64,000 nt of DNA, taken from assembly GCA_044376115.1 (NCBI GenBank), contig JBILLK010000016.1:128001-192000 (forward strand). The letters run 5' to 3'. Origin of the DNA: Polyangiaceae bacterium (GTDB lineage: Bacteria > Myxococcota_A > Polyangia > Polyangiales > Polyangiaceae). The notes under the pieces are model-generated. The model did not search any database, was not told the origin of the DNA, and was given only the letters and a program-made list of their open reading frames with translations. This document shows positions 21,679 to 31,474 of the stretch, in pieces. A program made the translations under genes and the position numbers. Position 1 is the stretch's first letter. Every line of letters starts with the position of its first letter.

Positions 21679-23609
21679 CCTCGCTCCGCGAGGAGATCAC
21701 GCTCGCTGCGGTCGGGGTTGGCTTTTTGTGGTTGCTCTTGAGCTGCGGGCTTGCTCGCGTTCCCACGGTCACAGCGGAGCCCGTGATCACGCCGACCAAC
21801 CGTTCGCTCGGCGAAGGCGCGCAGGAACCGGCTGCTGATCCAGCGCCGCTCTCGCACGTCCTCGCGCCGCCTGCCACCGCGGTGGCCAGCTACACGCTGA
21901 ACGCTGAACTGGACCCAGCAAGCCACATCGTCCGCGGCACCGGCACGATTCGCTTTCGCAACCACTCACAAAAGAGCCTCTCTTCGCTGTGGCTGCACCT
22001 TTACTTGAACGCCTTCGCTGACGACGAGACGATCTTCGCGAGCAAGAGCGCCAGCGGCTTCAGGGGAAATAGTGGGCCGTTTGATCACGGTTCGATCGAC
22101 CTCACGTCCTTTCGCTGGTCCGAGGCCAACGCCGAACTTGTTTCGCAAGCGCGCTTCCCAACGCCAACAGACCGCACCGACGTCGAGTTGCCGTTACCGC
22201 GGCCGCTCGCCCCCGGTGAAGAAGCGCACTTCGAGGTCAGCTTCGAGTCAAAGTTGCCGGAGATCGTGCTTCGAACCGGCTACCACGATCGGTTCCACAT
22301 GGTTGCCCAGTGGTTCCCCAAGCTAGCCAAGATCGAAGCCGATGGAAGCTTTGCTCACTTCCCGTTCGAGCGCTTCAGCGAGTTCTACGCCGACTATGGG
22401 GACTACGACGTCTCCCTCACGATGCCGGAGGAGTTCGTGGTTGCGGCGGTCGGGAAGGAGGTGGCTCGCTCAGTGCGCGACGGCAAGCGCACCACCCGCC
22501 ACGTACAGTCCTCGGTGATCGACTTCGCTTTCGCCGCCTGGGATGGTTTTGCGATCGAGACCCGCAGCGCGGGCAACGTTCAGCTCTCGTGCGTCTTTCC
22601 ACGCGGGCAGGAGAACGCCGCTCGCATCCAGCTCGATACAGCCGTCGCCGGGCTCGAGTACTTCGGTCGAACGTTTGGCGAGTACCCTTATGAAACGCTG
22701 ACCCTGGTCCATCCGCCGAGCGGCGCTGGTGAAGCCGGGGGCATGGAGTATCCGACGCTGATCACCACCGGTGCGGAGCTCGACATCCGCGTGCCGGCTC
22801 GCATCCTCGAGATTCTCACGCTGCACGAGCTCGGCCATCAGTGGTTCATGGGGCTCGTAGCGACGAATGAACACGCGTGGCCCTTTCTCGATGAAGGGTT
22901 GACCACCTATGCAACGGGGCTCGCAATGGACGCACTTCACCCGGATGGCGTGGTACCGCTGTTGCCGTTTCGCGTCGGCGTTCAGGCTTTCGAGCGCAGC
23001 TTTCAACTCGGTGCCTTTGCTGCAGCTCCGGTCGCGAGTGCGTCGGGTTCATTCTCGCGCGGCGGTGACTACGGTGCGCTCGTCTACCAACGCAGCGCGA
23101 CGATCCTGCGCACGATCGATAAGGTCTACGATGGCGCCGCTCAGCGCGCAGTCGCTCGTTATGCGCGCGAACAGCGCTTTGCGCACCCCGGGCCAAAGGC
23201 GCTGGTTGCGGCCATCCGAGCGGAGGCCGGAGCCGAAGCTGGGGCCTTCTTCTCTAGTGCTATCTTCGATAAGGCCAGCCTCGACTACTCGATCGATGGC
23301 GTGCCGCAGGACAACCAGGTCGCGATCAAGCGCAACGGCGAGCTGGTGCTACCTACGCAGGTTTGGGCGCTCGACAGCTCGGGCAAGAGCTTCGTGGTCG
23401 ACGTTCCAGTCGCTCAGATCGATGAGCCGGTGCTCATCCCCACCGAGCTACCACTCGTCCGCGTTTGTGTGGATCCTGGTCAGAAGCTCGCGATCGATGA
23501 GTTTCGCGCCAACGACTGTGCGATGCGCGACGAGAGCGGCCTAGCGTGGCGAACCCTGGCCTTCACCGACCTTGCGTTGTCCGCGACGATAGGAGCGCTC
23601 ACCCCGTGA
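21675..23609 (+). CDS. M1 family zinc aminopeptidase
   Basis: GGMEYP, HELGHQWF, FLDEG. Confidence 0.92.
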   Translation: MTSLREEITLAAVGVGFLWLLLSCGLARVPTVTAEPVITPTNRSLGEGAQEPAADPAPLSHVLAPPATAVASYTLNAELDPASHIVRGTGTIRFRNHSQKSLSSLWLHLYLNAFADDETIFASKSASGFRGNSGPFDHGSIDLTSFRWSEANAELVSQARFPTPTDRTDVELPLPRPLAPGEEAHFEVSFESKLPEIVLRTGYHDRFHMVAQWFPKLAKIEADGSFAHFPFERFSEFYADYGDYDVSLTMPEEFVVAAVGKEVARSVRDGKRTTRHVQSSVIDFAFAAWDGFAIETRSAGNVQLSCVFPRGQENAARIQLDTAVAGLEYFGRTFGEYPYETLTLVHPPSGAGEAGGMEYPTLITTGAELDIRVPARILEILTLHELGHQWFMGLVATNEHAWPFLDEGLTTYATGLAMDALHPDGVVPLLPFRVGVQAFERSFQLGAFAAAPVASASGSFSRGGDYGALVYQRSATILRTIDKVYDGAAQRAVARYAREQRFAHPGPKALVAAIRAEAGAEAGAFFSSAIFDKASLDYSIDGVPQDNQVAIKRNGELVLPTQVWALDSSGKSFVVDVPVAQIDEPVLIPTELPLVRVCVDPGQKLAIDEFRANDCAMRDESGLAWRTLAFTDLALSATIGALTP

Positions 23610-24439
23610 CAGCGGTGCAAGCTGCCGGCGCTCCTCGGAGAATCGCCGTCATCAGTGGCGTAGCGTTGGTGGTGGTGGCGCGTTTGGCCGCAACGTTGCC
23701 GGCGGCGCTTTCAACTTCGAGCGTGGTCGCTCGTTCGACGAGCGCCTTTCCCTTGGGCGAGCTCGCGCTATTCGAGCACGGTGGAGAGCTGCTCGCTGAG
23801 GTGCTGCGTCGCAACCGACCGAATCCGACGGTGCTGCTGATCGCGGTGCTGGCGCACGCACTTCTGCTGCTCGTGCCGGATGGGAGCCTTGTGGCGCTGG
23901 TGACTGGCGCCGCTCGCTCTATCGGTGCAGCTCTCCTCGGCTCCGCAAAACGTCTGGGATTCCTATTCGCTGCGTTTGCTTTTTCGCTCGTCGGACGAGC
24001 TCTGGCGGTGATGGTGGTGTTCTTCTTTTGGCAGCGGTTTTCAGGCGCCGGAACGGTGTTGCTGATCCTGATCGGTGTGGCGCTTGGCCTCGGCACAGAG
24101 AGCTTCGCGATCAACGCAAAGCTGGATGCGATCCGCGGCCTGCGCGCACGCGCGGCGCTGGCCTCCGCTTTCACATGGCGTCGCACGCTCACCACGATGC
24201 CGCTCACGGCCCTCCACCTCGTGGTGCAGTTGCTGCTCGTGGCGGCGCTGCTCGCCGTGGGGGCAGGCGGGATGGTCCAGCGTTTCTTCGTCGGCCATGG
24301 GCTCGTCGGCCTGCTGCTCGTGGTCGCGTCAGTGCTCGCGCGAGCCGCTCTTTACCGCGTTCTTGCAAGGCGTTCGGGGGCTCCCCCCGATGTTCGAGAA
24401 GAAAATGACGAGACGGCTTGCCGAGTTCCGAGCAACTAG
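23606..24439 (+). CDS. Multi-pass membrane protein
   Basis: GTGA overlap with the M1 peptidase; several hydrophobic segments. Confidence 0.6.
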   Translation: MTAVQAAGAPRRIAVISGVALVVVARLAATLPAALSTSSVVARSTSAFPLGELALFEHGGELLAEVLRRNRPNPTVLLIAVLAHALLLLVPDGSLVALVTGAARSIGAALLGSAKRLGFLFAAFAFSLVGRALAVMVVFFFWQRFSGAGTVLLILIGVALGLGTESFAINAKLDAIRGLRARAALASAFTWRRTLTTMPLTALHLVVQLLLVAALLAVGAGGMVQRFFVGHGLVGLLLVVASVLARAALYRVLARRSGAPPDVREENDETACRVPSN

Positions 24440-24467
24440 GGTATGAATTCGCCCGTCAACAACGCAA

Positions 24468-24540
24468 GCCCAGGTAGCTCAGTTGGTAGAGCAGAGGATT
24501 GAAAATCCTCGTGTCGGCGGTTCGATTCCGTCCCTGGGCA
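24468..24540 (+). tRNA. tRNA-Phe (GAA), CCA not encoded
   Basis: Acceptor GCCCAGG/CCTGGGC, D arm GCTC..GAGC, anticodon arm GAGGA-TTGAAAA-TCCTC, T loop TTCGATT. Confidence 0.97.
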
Positions 24541-24720
24541 CTGAGAGTGCCGTGTTCGCGATAGTCGCTCGGGGGAGCTGACGCGGTCACAGGCCCAGAG
24601 TGAGCCGCTGACCGGGTGTGGACTCGCGAGCCGGGTGCGCGTCGGCTGCGTCTGAAAGCGGTTCGCGAACACGGCTTTTTGCGCGCCTCGGTCGCTCGAA
24701 TTCGTAGTGGCGACAAAACG

Positions 24721-24751
24721 AAAAACGCGAGCCTTGCGACTCGCGTTTTTT
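24721..24751. terminator. Bidirectional intrinsic terminator between tRNA-Phe and the lipoprotein gene
   Basis: AAAAACGCGAG-loop-CTCGCGTTTTTT. Confidence 0.8.
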
Positions 24752-24781
24752 CGCTCGAACCGTTGCCGGCTCGCTAGGAAC

Positions 24782-24979
24782 TCACTTGGCGGCGGGAGCA
24801 GCCGTGTCGGCGGCGGGAGCAGCCGTGTCGGCAGCGGGAGCAGCCGTATCAGCAGCGGGAGCAGCGGTCTCGGCAGCGGCCGTTGCGGTGCTCTCAGCGT
24901 TGGCGGCGTCCGTCTTGCCACCACCGCAAGCTGCGAGGGCGAGGGCGAGGATAGCGCTAACGACGACGATCTTATTCAT
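24782..24979 (-). CDS. Small Ala-rich lipoprotein (65 aa) with TAAPAAD repeats
   Basis: MNK..LALAAC lipobox; GGAGG RBS; four 21-bp units at about 24788-24871. Confidence 0.85.
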   Translation of the reverse strand: MNKIVVVSAILALALAACGGGKTDAANAESTATAAAETAAPAADTAAPAADTAAPAADTAAPAAK

Positions 24980-25214
24980 GGAAGCCTCCGAGAAAATGGG
25001 CGCTCTTCGAAGACGAGAGGCCCGGAAAGATTTTGGATTCAACCCATAGACGCCCGGCACGGCTCAAAGGGCTCGCAGCGCCGAAAAAAAACTCTGCCAA
25101 CCCCGAAGGTGGATTCAATTCCACCGAAGGTGGACGTAGCAAACAGAATGACTCGGGCCCTCTGCGAGAAAACGGCCGAAGGCCCCATTGGACCTTCGAC
25201 TCGGCACGAGTCAT

Positions 25215-26297
25215 TCAATAAGTGCCAGCGAGCGCCGCGAGCCAACGCGCGAAAATGGCCTGACCTTCGACCAATGCGGCCAGGCTGGTGGACTCGTTGC
25301 GCTGGTGAGCCTGCGCGTTGTCGCCTGGGCCAAAGTTGACCGCCGGTATGCCGATCGCCGCAAAGCGAGCGACGTCGGTCCAGGCCTGTTTGGGCTCCAC
25401 CGCGACCACGCCGGACTTGGCCAACGCTTTGACCAACGGATGATCGGCGAACGGCCTCGCCGAGGGGCTCTCGTCGTTGAAGGTGACCGTGGCTCGACCG
25501 GCGACCGCATCGAGCACCTCTTGCTTCGCCTGCTCGACCGTTTTGTCTGGGGAGAAGCGGGCGTTCACGTTGAGTTCGAAGCCGTCAGGAACGATGTTGC
25601 GGCCGCGACCGCCGTGCGCCTGAGTAACCGACATGACCGAGCGGTAGGTGAGCCCGTCGAGCACGACCTCTTGCGGCTGCCGCGCGGCGAGGTCGGTAAG
25701 GAAGCTGCCGGCCTTGTGGATCGCGTTGTCGCCCTGCCACGGTCGCGCTGAATGCGAGGTCTTGCCTTGAAAAAGCACCTTCGCGTGAAGTGAGCCGCTG
25801 GCGCCGAGGCTCAGCTTGTTGTCGCTCGGCTCGAGGCAGACCGCGAGCGTTACCCGACTGAGTTCCGGGTCTTGCTCGAGCACCGGCCCAAGCTCGTTCT
25901 CGGCGTAGGGGCCTTCTTCTCGCGAATAGAAGACCAACGTCAAATCGACATGGTTCTCGTAGCAGCCGCGATCCCGCTCCAATAGCTCGATCATCACGGC
26001 CAACCCGCTCTTCATGTCGGCTGCACCAGGGCCAAAAATCCGATCCCCTTCGACCCGAGGTGAGCCTTCATGCTCGGTGCGTACGACGTCGAGGTGGCCA
26101 CACAACGCGATCGCCGGGCCGCCCGTTCCGCGCGTCACCGGGACTACGATCGAGTTGAGGGTTCGTCGAATCGGCGCGGCTAGCTTCGCCCCTTCGAGCC
26201 GGGCGATCAGCGCGTCACACAAGGCTGCCTCGTCCCCGATGAACGACGGGATGGAGAGGAGCCAAAGCAGCGTGTCAACGATGGCAGGATGATTCAC
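25215..26297 (-). CDS. dapE: Succinyl-diaminopimelate desuccinylase (M20)
   Basis: GHLDVV, GAADMKSG, REEG, HSARPW, WTDVARF, AHQRNE; follows dapD. Confidence 0.9.
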   Translation of the reverse strand: MNHPAIVDTLLWLLSIPSFIGDEAALCDALIARLEGAKLAAPIRRTLNSIVVPVTRGTGGPAIALCGHLDVVRTEHEGSPRVEGDRIFGPGAADMKSGLAVMIELLERDRGCYENHVDLTLVFYSREEGPYAENELGPVLEQDPELSRVTLAVCLEPSDNKLSLGASGSLHAKVLFQGKTSHSARPWQGDNAIHKAGSFLTDLAARQPQEVVLDGLTYRSVMSVTQAHGGRGRNIVPDGFELNVNARFSPDKTVEQAKQEVLDAVAGRATVTFNDESPSARPFADHPLVKALAKSGVVAVEPKQAWTDVARFAAIGIPAVNFGPGDNAQAHQRNESTSLAALVEGQAIFARWLAALAGTY

Positions 26298-26311
26298 CGG
26301 AACCTCAAGCT

Positions 26312-27142
26312 TCAGACGGGTACGGAGAAATCACGTAGCGCGCTGTTGAGCGACACCTTGCGATCAGTACCGGCGTTGCGCTCGCCGATGATCAGCGCGC
26401 AGGGCACGTGATACTCGCCCGCGGGGAACTTCTTCGGTCGCGTACCAGGAATCACGATCGAACGGGCTGGAACGCGGCCGCGATGCTCGATCGGCTCTTG
26501 GCCGCGTACATCGATGATCACAGTGGACGCCGTGAGCACGACGCCCGCGCCGATCACCGCCTCGGCCTCGACCACGACGCCCTCGACGACCACCGCGCGA
26601 GAGCCGACAAACACGCCATCTTCCACGATCACCGGCCGAGCCGAGGGCGGCTCGAGCACGCCACCGATCCCGACCCCACCGGAGAGATGGCAGTCTTTCC
26701 CGATCTGCGCGCAGCTACCGACGGTAGCCCAGGTGTCCACCATGGTTCCGGCGCCCACCCTCGCTCCGATGTTCACGTAGCCAGGCATCACGATCACTCC
26801 GGGCTCCAGGTACGCCCCGTAGCGAACCGTCCCCGGAGGTACCACTCGCACCTTCGAAAGGTCGGATTTGACCGGCAACTTGTCGTGAAAATGCAGCGGG
26901 CCAGCGTCTTCCGGCGAAAGCGTACAGACGGCGAAGTAGAGCAGGATGGCTTGTTTGACCCACTCGTGGGTGACCCACTCGCCGCTGCTCGCGTCCTTTT
27001 CGGCTACGCGCAGTTCCCCCGCGTCGAGCAGCGCGAGAACACGGCGAACCGCGCTCTCGGCGCCCTTCAGCTGGCTGCGATCCGCATAAGCCGCAGCGAC
27101 GATGGATTGAAGCTCCGCTACTTCAGGATGATTCGACGTCAC
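26312..27142 (-). CDS. dapD: Tetrahydrodipicolinate N-succinyltransferase
   Basis: WVKQAILLYF, RVVPP, YVNIGA, MVDTWATVGSCAQIG, GGVLEP. Confidence 0.96.
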   Translation of the reverse strand: MTSNHPEVAELQSIVAAAYADRSQLKGAESAVRRVLALLDAGELRVAEKDASSGEWVTHEWVKQAILLYFAVCTLSPEDAGPLHFHDKLPVKSDLSKVRVVPPGTVRYGAYLEPGVIVMPGYVNIGARVGAGTMVDTWATVGSCAQIGKDCHLSGGVGIGGVLEPPSARPVIVEDGVFVGSRAVVVEGVVVEAEAVIGAGVVLTASTVIIDVRGQEPIEHRGRVPARSIVIPGTRPKKFPAGEYHVPCALIIGERNAGTDRKVSLNSALRDFSVPV

Positions 27143-27179
27143 GCTCCCGAACTACACGAGCCGCGTGCCTGAGGCTACG

Positions 27180-28094
<915 letters not shown>

Positions 28095-28261
28095 AAAGAC
28101 TCCAAGCATCAGGAAGGGAGGTTCTGGCCAAAGCCGGCCACACCTCGAGAGTCTATGGATGGGAGGCGATGGTGGTGACTCATGTTGCGCGCTCAACTGG
28201 AGAAAGCGTTGACCCCGAGAACACGTCCGTCACACTTTCCCGCCCAGGTACGACCTCGGGC

Positions 28262-28996
28262 ATGGCTCGCCTTCCCGCCTTTCTCCTGGCTCCCGTGTTC
28301 CTTGTCTCCTGCGCGCCGAACGCAGTCGCTCCGCAGCCCCAGCTAGCAGACTCCGTCGCTGACCAAGGGCACCAGGCGCTTGCACCAACACACGAGCGTC
28401 CGCGTCTCTCGCCGCCACCTGGCCTTCTCGCTTGGCCCAGCGAGGTGAGGGTGGTGGCACCAAGCTCGAGCTCGCGGCCCGAGGCCGAGCCAGAGGCAGC
28501 CGAAGGCCCAACCAGTCAGCCCCTAGCGTGCGGACTTCACAACCCCATGCCCGGCGGGTTTGCCGCTGGTTACCAAGCCGATACTGGGCTCGACCTCGCC
28601 GGCATGAATCAGCCCGTGTTTGCGTTGGCCGCGGGGTATGTCGACTATGCCGAAGAGGGGCACACTGCATGGCGCAGTCCCGGGGATGATGACCGCGCGA
28701 TCCGCATCGAACTCGATGAGCCTTTGCATACGGCAGCTGGACGAGTCACCCATGTGTGGTACGCGCACCTGGCCGAGTTGGCCTTCACCCAAGCCGAGGG
28801 TGCAACGTCTCGTCGGCGTGTCGCTGCTGGTCAGCTCCTAGGGACGAGCGGTCGCGCCAACGGCATGTACCACCTTCACCTTGGCCTCTTGCTCGATCAC
28901 GACACAACGCAAAACGGCGGGACCTTCCTGCTCGAGGATCAGGTCCGCGCCGTTCTCTGCAATCTGCGGCACAAGTCACGCTTGCCCGCTCATTGA
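28262..28996 (+). CDS. M23-like peptidase lipoprotein with a variant first Zn motif
   Basis: Lipobox LVSC; DTGLD, YAHL, GQLLGTSG, HLH. Confidence 0.7.
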   Translation: MARLPAFLLAPVFLVSCAPNAVAPQPQLADSVADQGHQALAPTHERPRLSPPPGLLAWPSEVRVVAPSSSSRPEAEPEAAEGPTSQPLACGLHNPMPGGFAAGYQADTGLDLAGMNQPVFALAAGYVDYAEEGHTAWRSPGDDDRAIRIELDEPLHTAAGRVTHVWYAHLAELAFTQAEGATSRRRVAAGQLLGTSGRANGMYHLHLGLLLDHDTTQNGGTFLLEDQVRAVLCNLRHKSRLPAH

Positions 28997-29005
28997 GCTT
29001 GTTGG

Positions 29006-30220
29006 CTAGTTGTTGGCGTGGGTGAGCGGCGGCGCGACCGCATGAAAATCGCGCCGTATCTCCTCGAGGTAGCGAGCCAAGAGCTCATCGATACGGGCGG
29101 GTGAGGGCGAGCGCACGATCATGCCGATGTGGAACGCTTTGTTGAGCCGCCAGACCACCTCAGGATCGGCGAAGGCGGTGCTGTCAGGGTGCTCTTGGCG
29201 CGAGAGTGAGACCAAGATCCCTGCGTACTCGTCGCGCGTTGGCGGTGCGGTGTACGAACCGTTCTCTCCAGCTAGCTCGATCTTGGCCCACTCTGCCCAC
29301 GGGTTGAGCCCGGTTGCAGCCTCCAGCATGTCGGCGAGATGCGCTCCGCCTACGCGGGCGCTGGTCTCGAGGAAGTAGAGCAGGCCGTCATCGCGACCGC
29401 GGATGAACTCGGTGTGGCTTGCGCCGCGCACCAAGCGCATCGCCGTGAGCACCTGGGCGTTCATCTCGATCAGCGCCTGGGAGTCCGAAGTCCCTGTTGG
29501 CAGAATGCGTGACGTAAAGACGTCGCCTTGGTGCGAGACGTCGAGCGGCGGCCTGCCGTAGCGGCTCGCACGGACGAACAACACCTTGCCTTCGTGCACG
29601 AGCGAGTCGACGTGGAACACGTCACCCGCGACGTAGCGCTCGAGCAGAAACTCCGAGCGCTCGTCGCCCAACTTCTCGATGATCTGCCACAGCTCTTCAT
29701 GCGAGTGCGCCTTCTTGATGCCGATGGCTCCGGCGCTCGAGCGCGGCTTGACGACCCAAGGGGCGGGCACGCGGCTCGTGAACTCGCGGATGCGATCTTC
29801 GTTCAGCAGGTGGACGAAGTCCGGAACATTGATACCCGTGCTTTGGGCCCGCACACGCATCGCGAGCTTGTCGCGGAAGTAACGCGTCGTGGTCTCGCCC
29901 ATGCCGGGGATACGCAGGTGCTCGCGCAAGAGCGCCGCCGTCTCCAGATCGAAGTCGTCGAGCGGAACGATGCGGTCGAAATTTCTGGTGCGCGCGAGGT
30001 AGCTAACCGCGCGCTTGGTTTCATCGAGGTTCCACTTCTTGTCGACGTCTCGCATGAAGAAGAGTTCGTCGATCACATCGGTGGGAAATTGATGGCTGTG
30101 ACGCAGGCTCTCCGAGGTGATGAGTACGACTCTCCAGCCCTGCGCTTTGCACGACCGAAGGAAGTCGTGACCTTTGTCGTAGCTCGCGATAACTAAAACT
30201 GTCTTTTCTGAAGACGCCAT
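29006..30220 (-). CDS. ATP-grasp domain protein
   Basis: RDKLAMR, WVVKPR..AG.IGI, FLLERYV, HTEF, FLETSARVGG. Confidence 0.88.
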   Translation of the reverse strand: MASSEKTVLVIASYDKGHDFLRSCKAQGWRVVLITSESLRHSHQFPTDVIDELFFMRDVDKKWNLDETKRAVSYLARTRNFDRIVPLDDFDLETAALLREHLRIPGMGETTTRYFRDKLAMRVRAQSTGINVPDFVHLLNEDRIREFTSRVPAPWVVKPRSSAGAIGIKKAHSHEELWQIIEKLGDERSEFLLERYVAGDVFHVDSLVHEGKVLFVRASRYGRPPLDVSHQGDVFTSRILPTGTSDSQALIEMNAQVLTAMRLVRGASHTEFIRGRDDGLLYFLETSARVGGAHLADMLEAATGLNPWAEWAKIELAGENGSYTAPPTRDEYAGILVSLSRQEHPDSTAFADPEVVWRLNKAFHIGMIVRSPSPARIDELLARYLEEIRRDFHAVAPPLTHANN

Positions 30221-30255
30221 GGCGCCGCATCATAAGGGCAAGTGAAGACGCGCGA

Positions 30256-31356
30256 ATGAAGGTTTCCTGTAATTTCGAGGGCGGAAGGATTGAGGTTCAG
30301 GAGCTTGGGGCCCACGGCGCCACGCTGACCATTCCTCACGACGTCGGCGCCCCGCGTTTTCGACAGTGGTTCGCCTTTGACGTAAGCGGCCCGCCGGGGA
30401 CGCCGTTCGAGCTTTTCATCCACAACGCCCATGAATGCACCTGGGGGGACGCCTTCGGAGGAGCCTACAAAGTGTTTGCCTCGGACGGCCGGGCTTGGCG
30501 ACGGCTCGATTCGAGCCTGGCGGGCGGCAAGCTGATCATTCGCGGTACGCACGCCGCCCAGCGCCTTCGCCTCTGTTACTACCCGCCGTATCCGACGCAG
30601 CGGCTTTCGGCCCTACGCCGCCGCATCCGCATGGCCGGCGGCGCCGTCCGCCTGCTCGGCAAAACCCAGGCAGGCCGAGCCATCGAATGTTTGCAGCTCG
30701 GAAAGCAAGAGCGTCCCGTGTGGGTGATCGCGCAACAACACCCTGGCGAGGCGATGGCCGGCTGGTTCGTCGAAGGCCTCGTCGAGTTCTTGACCGGCGG
30801 TGGCGCGGCGGCGGGTGCGCTCTTGGAGACGGTTGGTTTCGCCATTATTCCGCGCATGAACCCAGACGGTGCTGCCGTCGGGAATCACCGCACCACTCCG
30901 CAAGGGCTGGATTTGAACCGGAAGTGGGCCCACGAGGCAGCGCCAGTCGAGGTGAGCGTGGCTCGCGCCGCGATGATCGAAAGCGGTGCAAGGTTCTTTC
31001 TCGACGTGCACGGCGATGAGCGGCTGCCTTGGGTGTTCGCCCAGCCGCCTGATGGTCTGCCGCCGTTGGCGGTCCGCAATCAGGTGGACGCCTTCCAAGC
31101 GGAGATGTTGCGGCTAACTCCTGACTACCAAACGAAGCATCGTTATCCGTACGATCCACGAGGGACACCGAGCTTGGCTTTCGCAACCAACTGGGTGCAC
31201 AACCAGTTCGGTATCCCGGCTCTCACGCTTGAGTTGCCCTTCTCGGACCACCTCGGCCGGCCGGATCCGCGTGGATTTTTCCCAGCGCGAGCTCGCAGGT
31301 TGGGCGCTCGTGTTGCGCGCGGGCTCGGCGTAGCGCTGCTACCACAACAAGGCTGA
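30256..31356 (+). CDS. M14 cytosolic carboxypeptidase (CCP-like)
   Basis: QWFAF N-domain, HPGE, NPDG, DLNR, LDVHGDE, TLELPF; no signal peptide. Confidence 0.88.
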   Translation: MKVSCNFEGGRIEVQELGAHGATLTIPHDVGAPRFRQWFAFDVSGPPGTPFELFIHNAHECTWGDAFGGAYKVFASDGRAWRRLDSSLAGGKLIIRGTHAAQRLRLCYYPPYPTQRLSALRRRIRMAGGAVRLLGKTQAGRAIECLQLGKQERPVWVIAQQHPGEAMAGWFVEGLVEFLTGGGAAAGALLETVGFAIIPRMNPDGAAVGNHRTTPQGLDLNRKWAHEAAPVEVSVARAAMIESGARFFLDVHGDERLPWVFAQPPDGLPPLAVRNQVDAFQAEMLRLTPDYQTKHRYPYDPRGTPSLAFATNWVHNQFGIPALTLELPFSDHLGRPDPRGFFPARARRLGARVARGLGVALLPQQG

Positions 31357-31474
31357 GCAGGCGTCGGAGTGAGTCCAAGTACGACCGTTCTTCGCCGACC
31401 CGATTCTCCAGCAGACTTTTGTCGCGGCCGTTCTCATAAGCGCGCGTAGCATCGAACCCCTACACGGAGGCCGC

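Noticed and set aside
24468..24540. tRNA-Phe as a prophage or island attachment site
   Set aside because: No adjacent integrase, and no duplicated tRNA 3' end was seen
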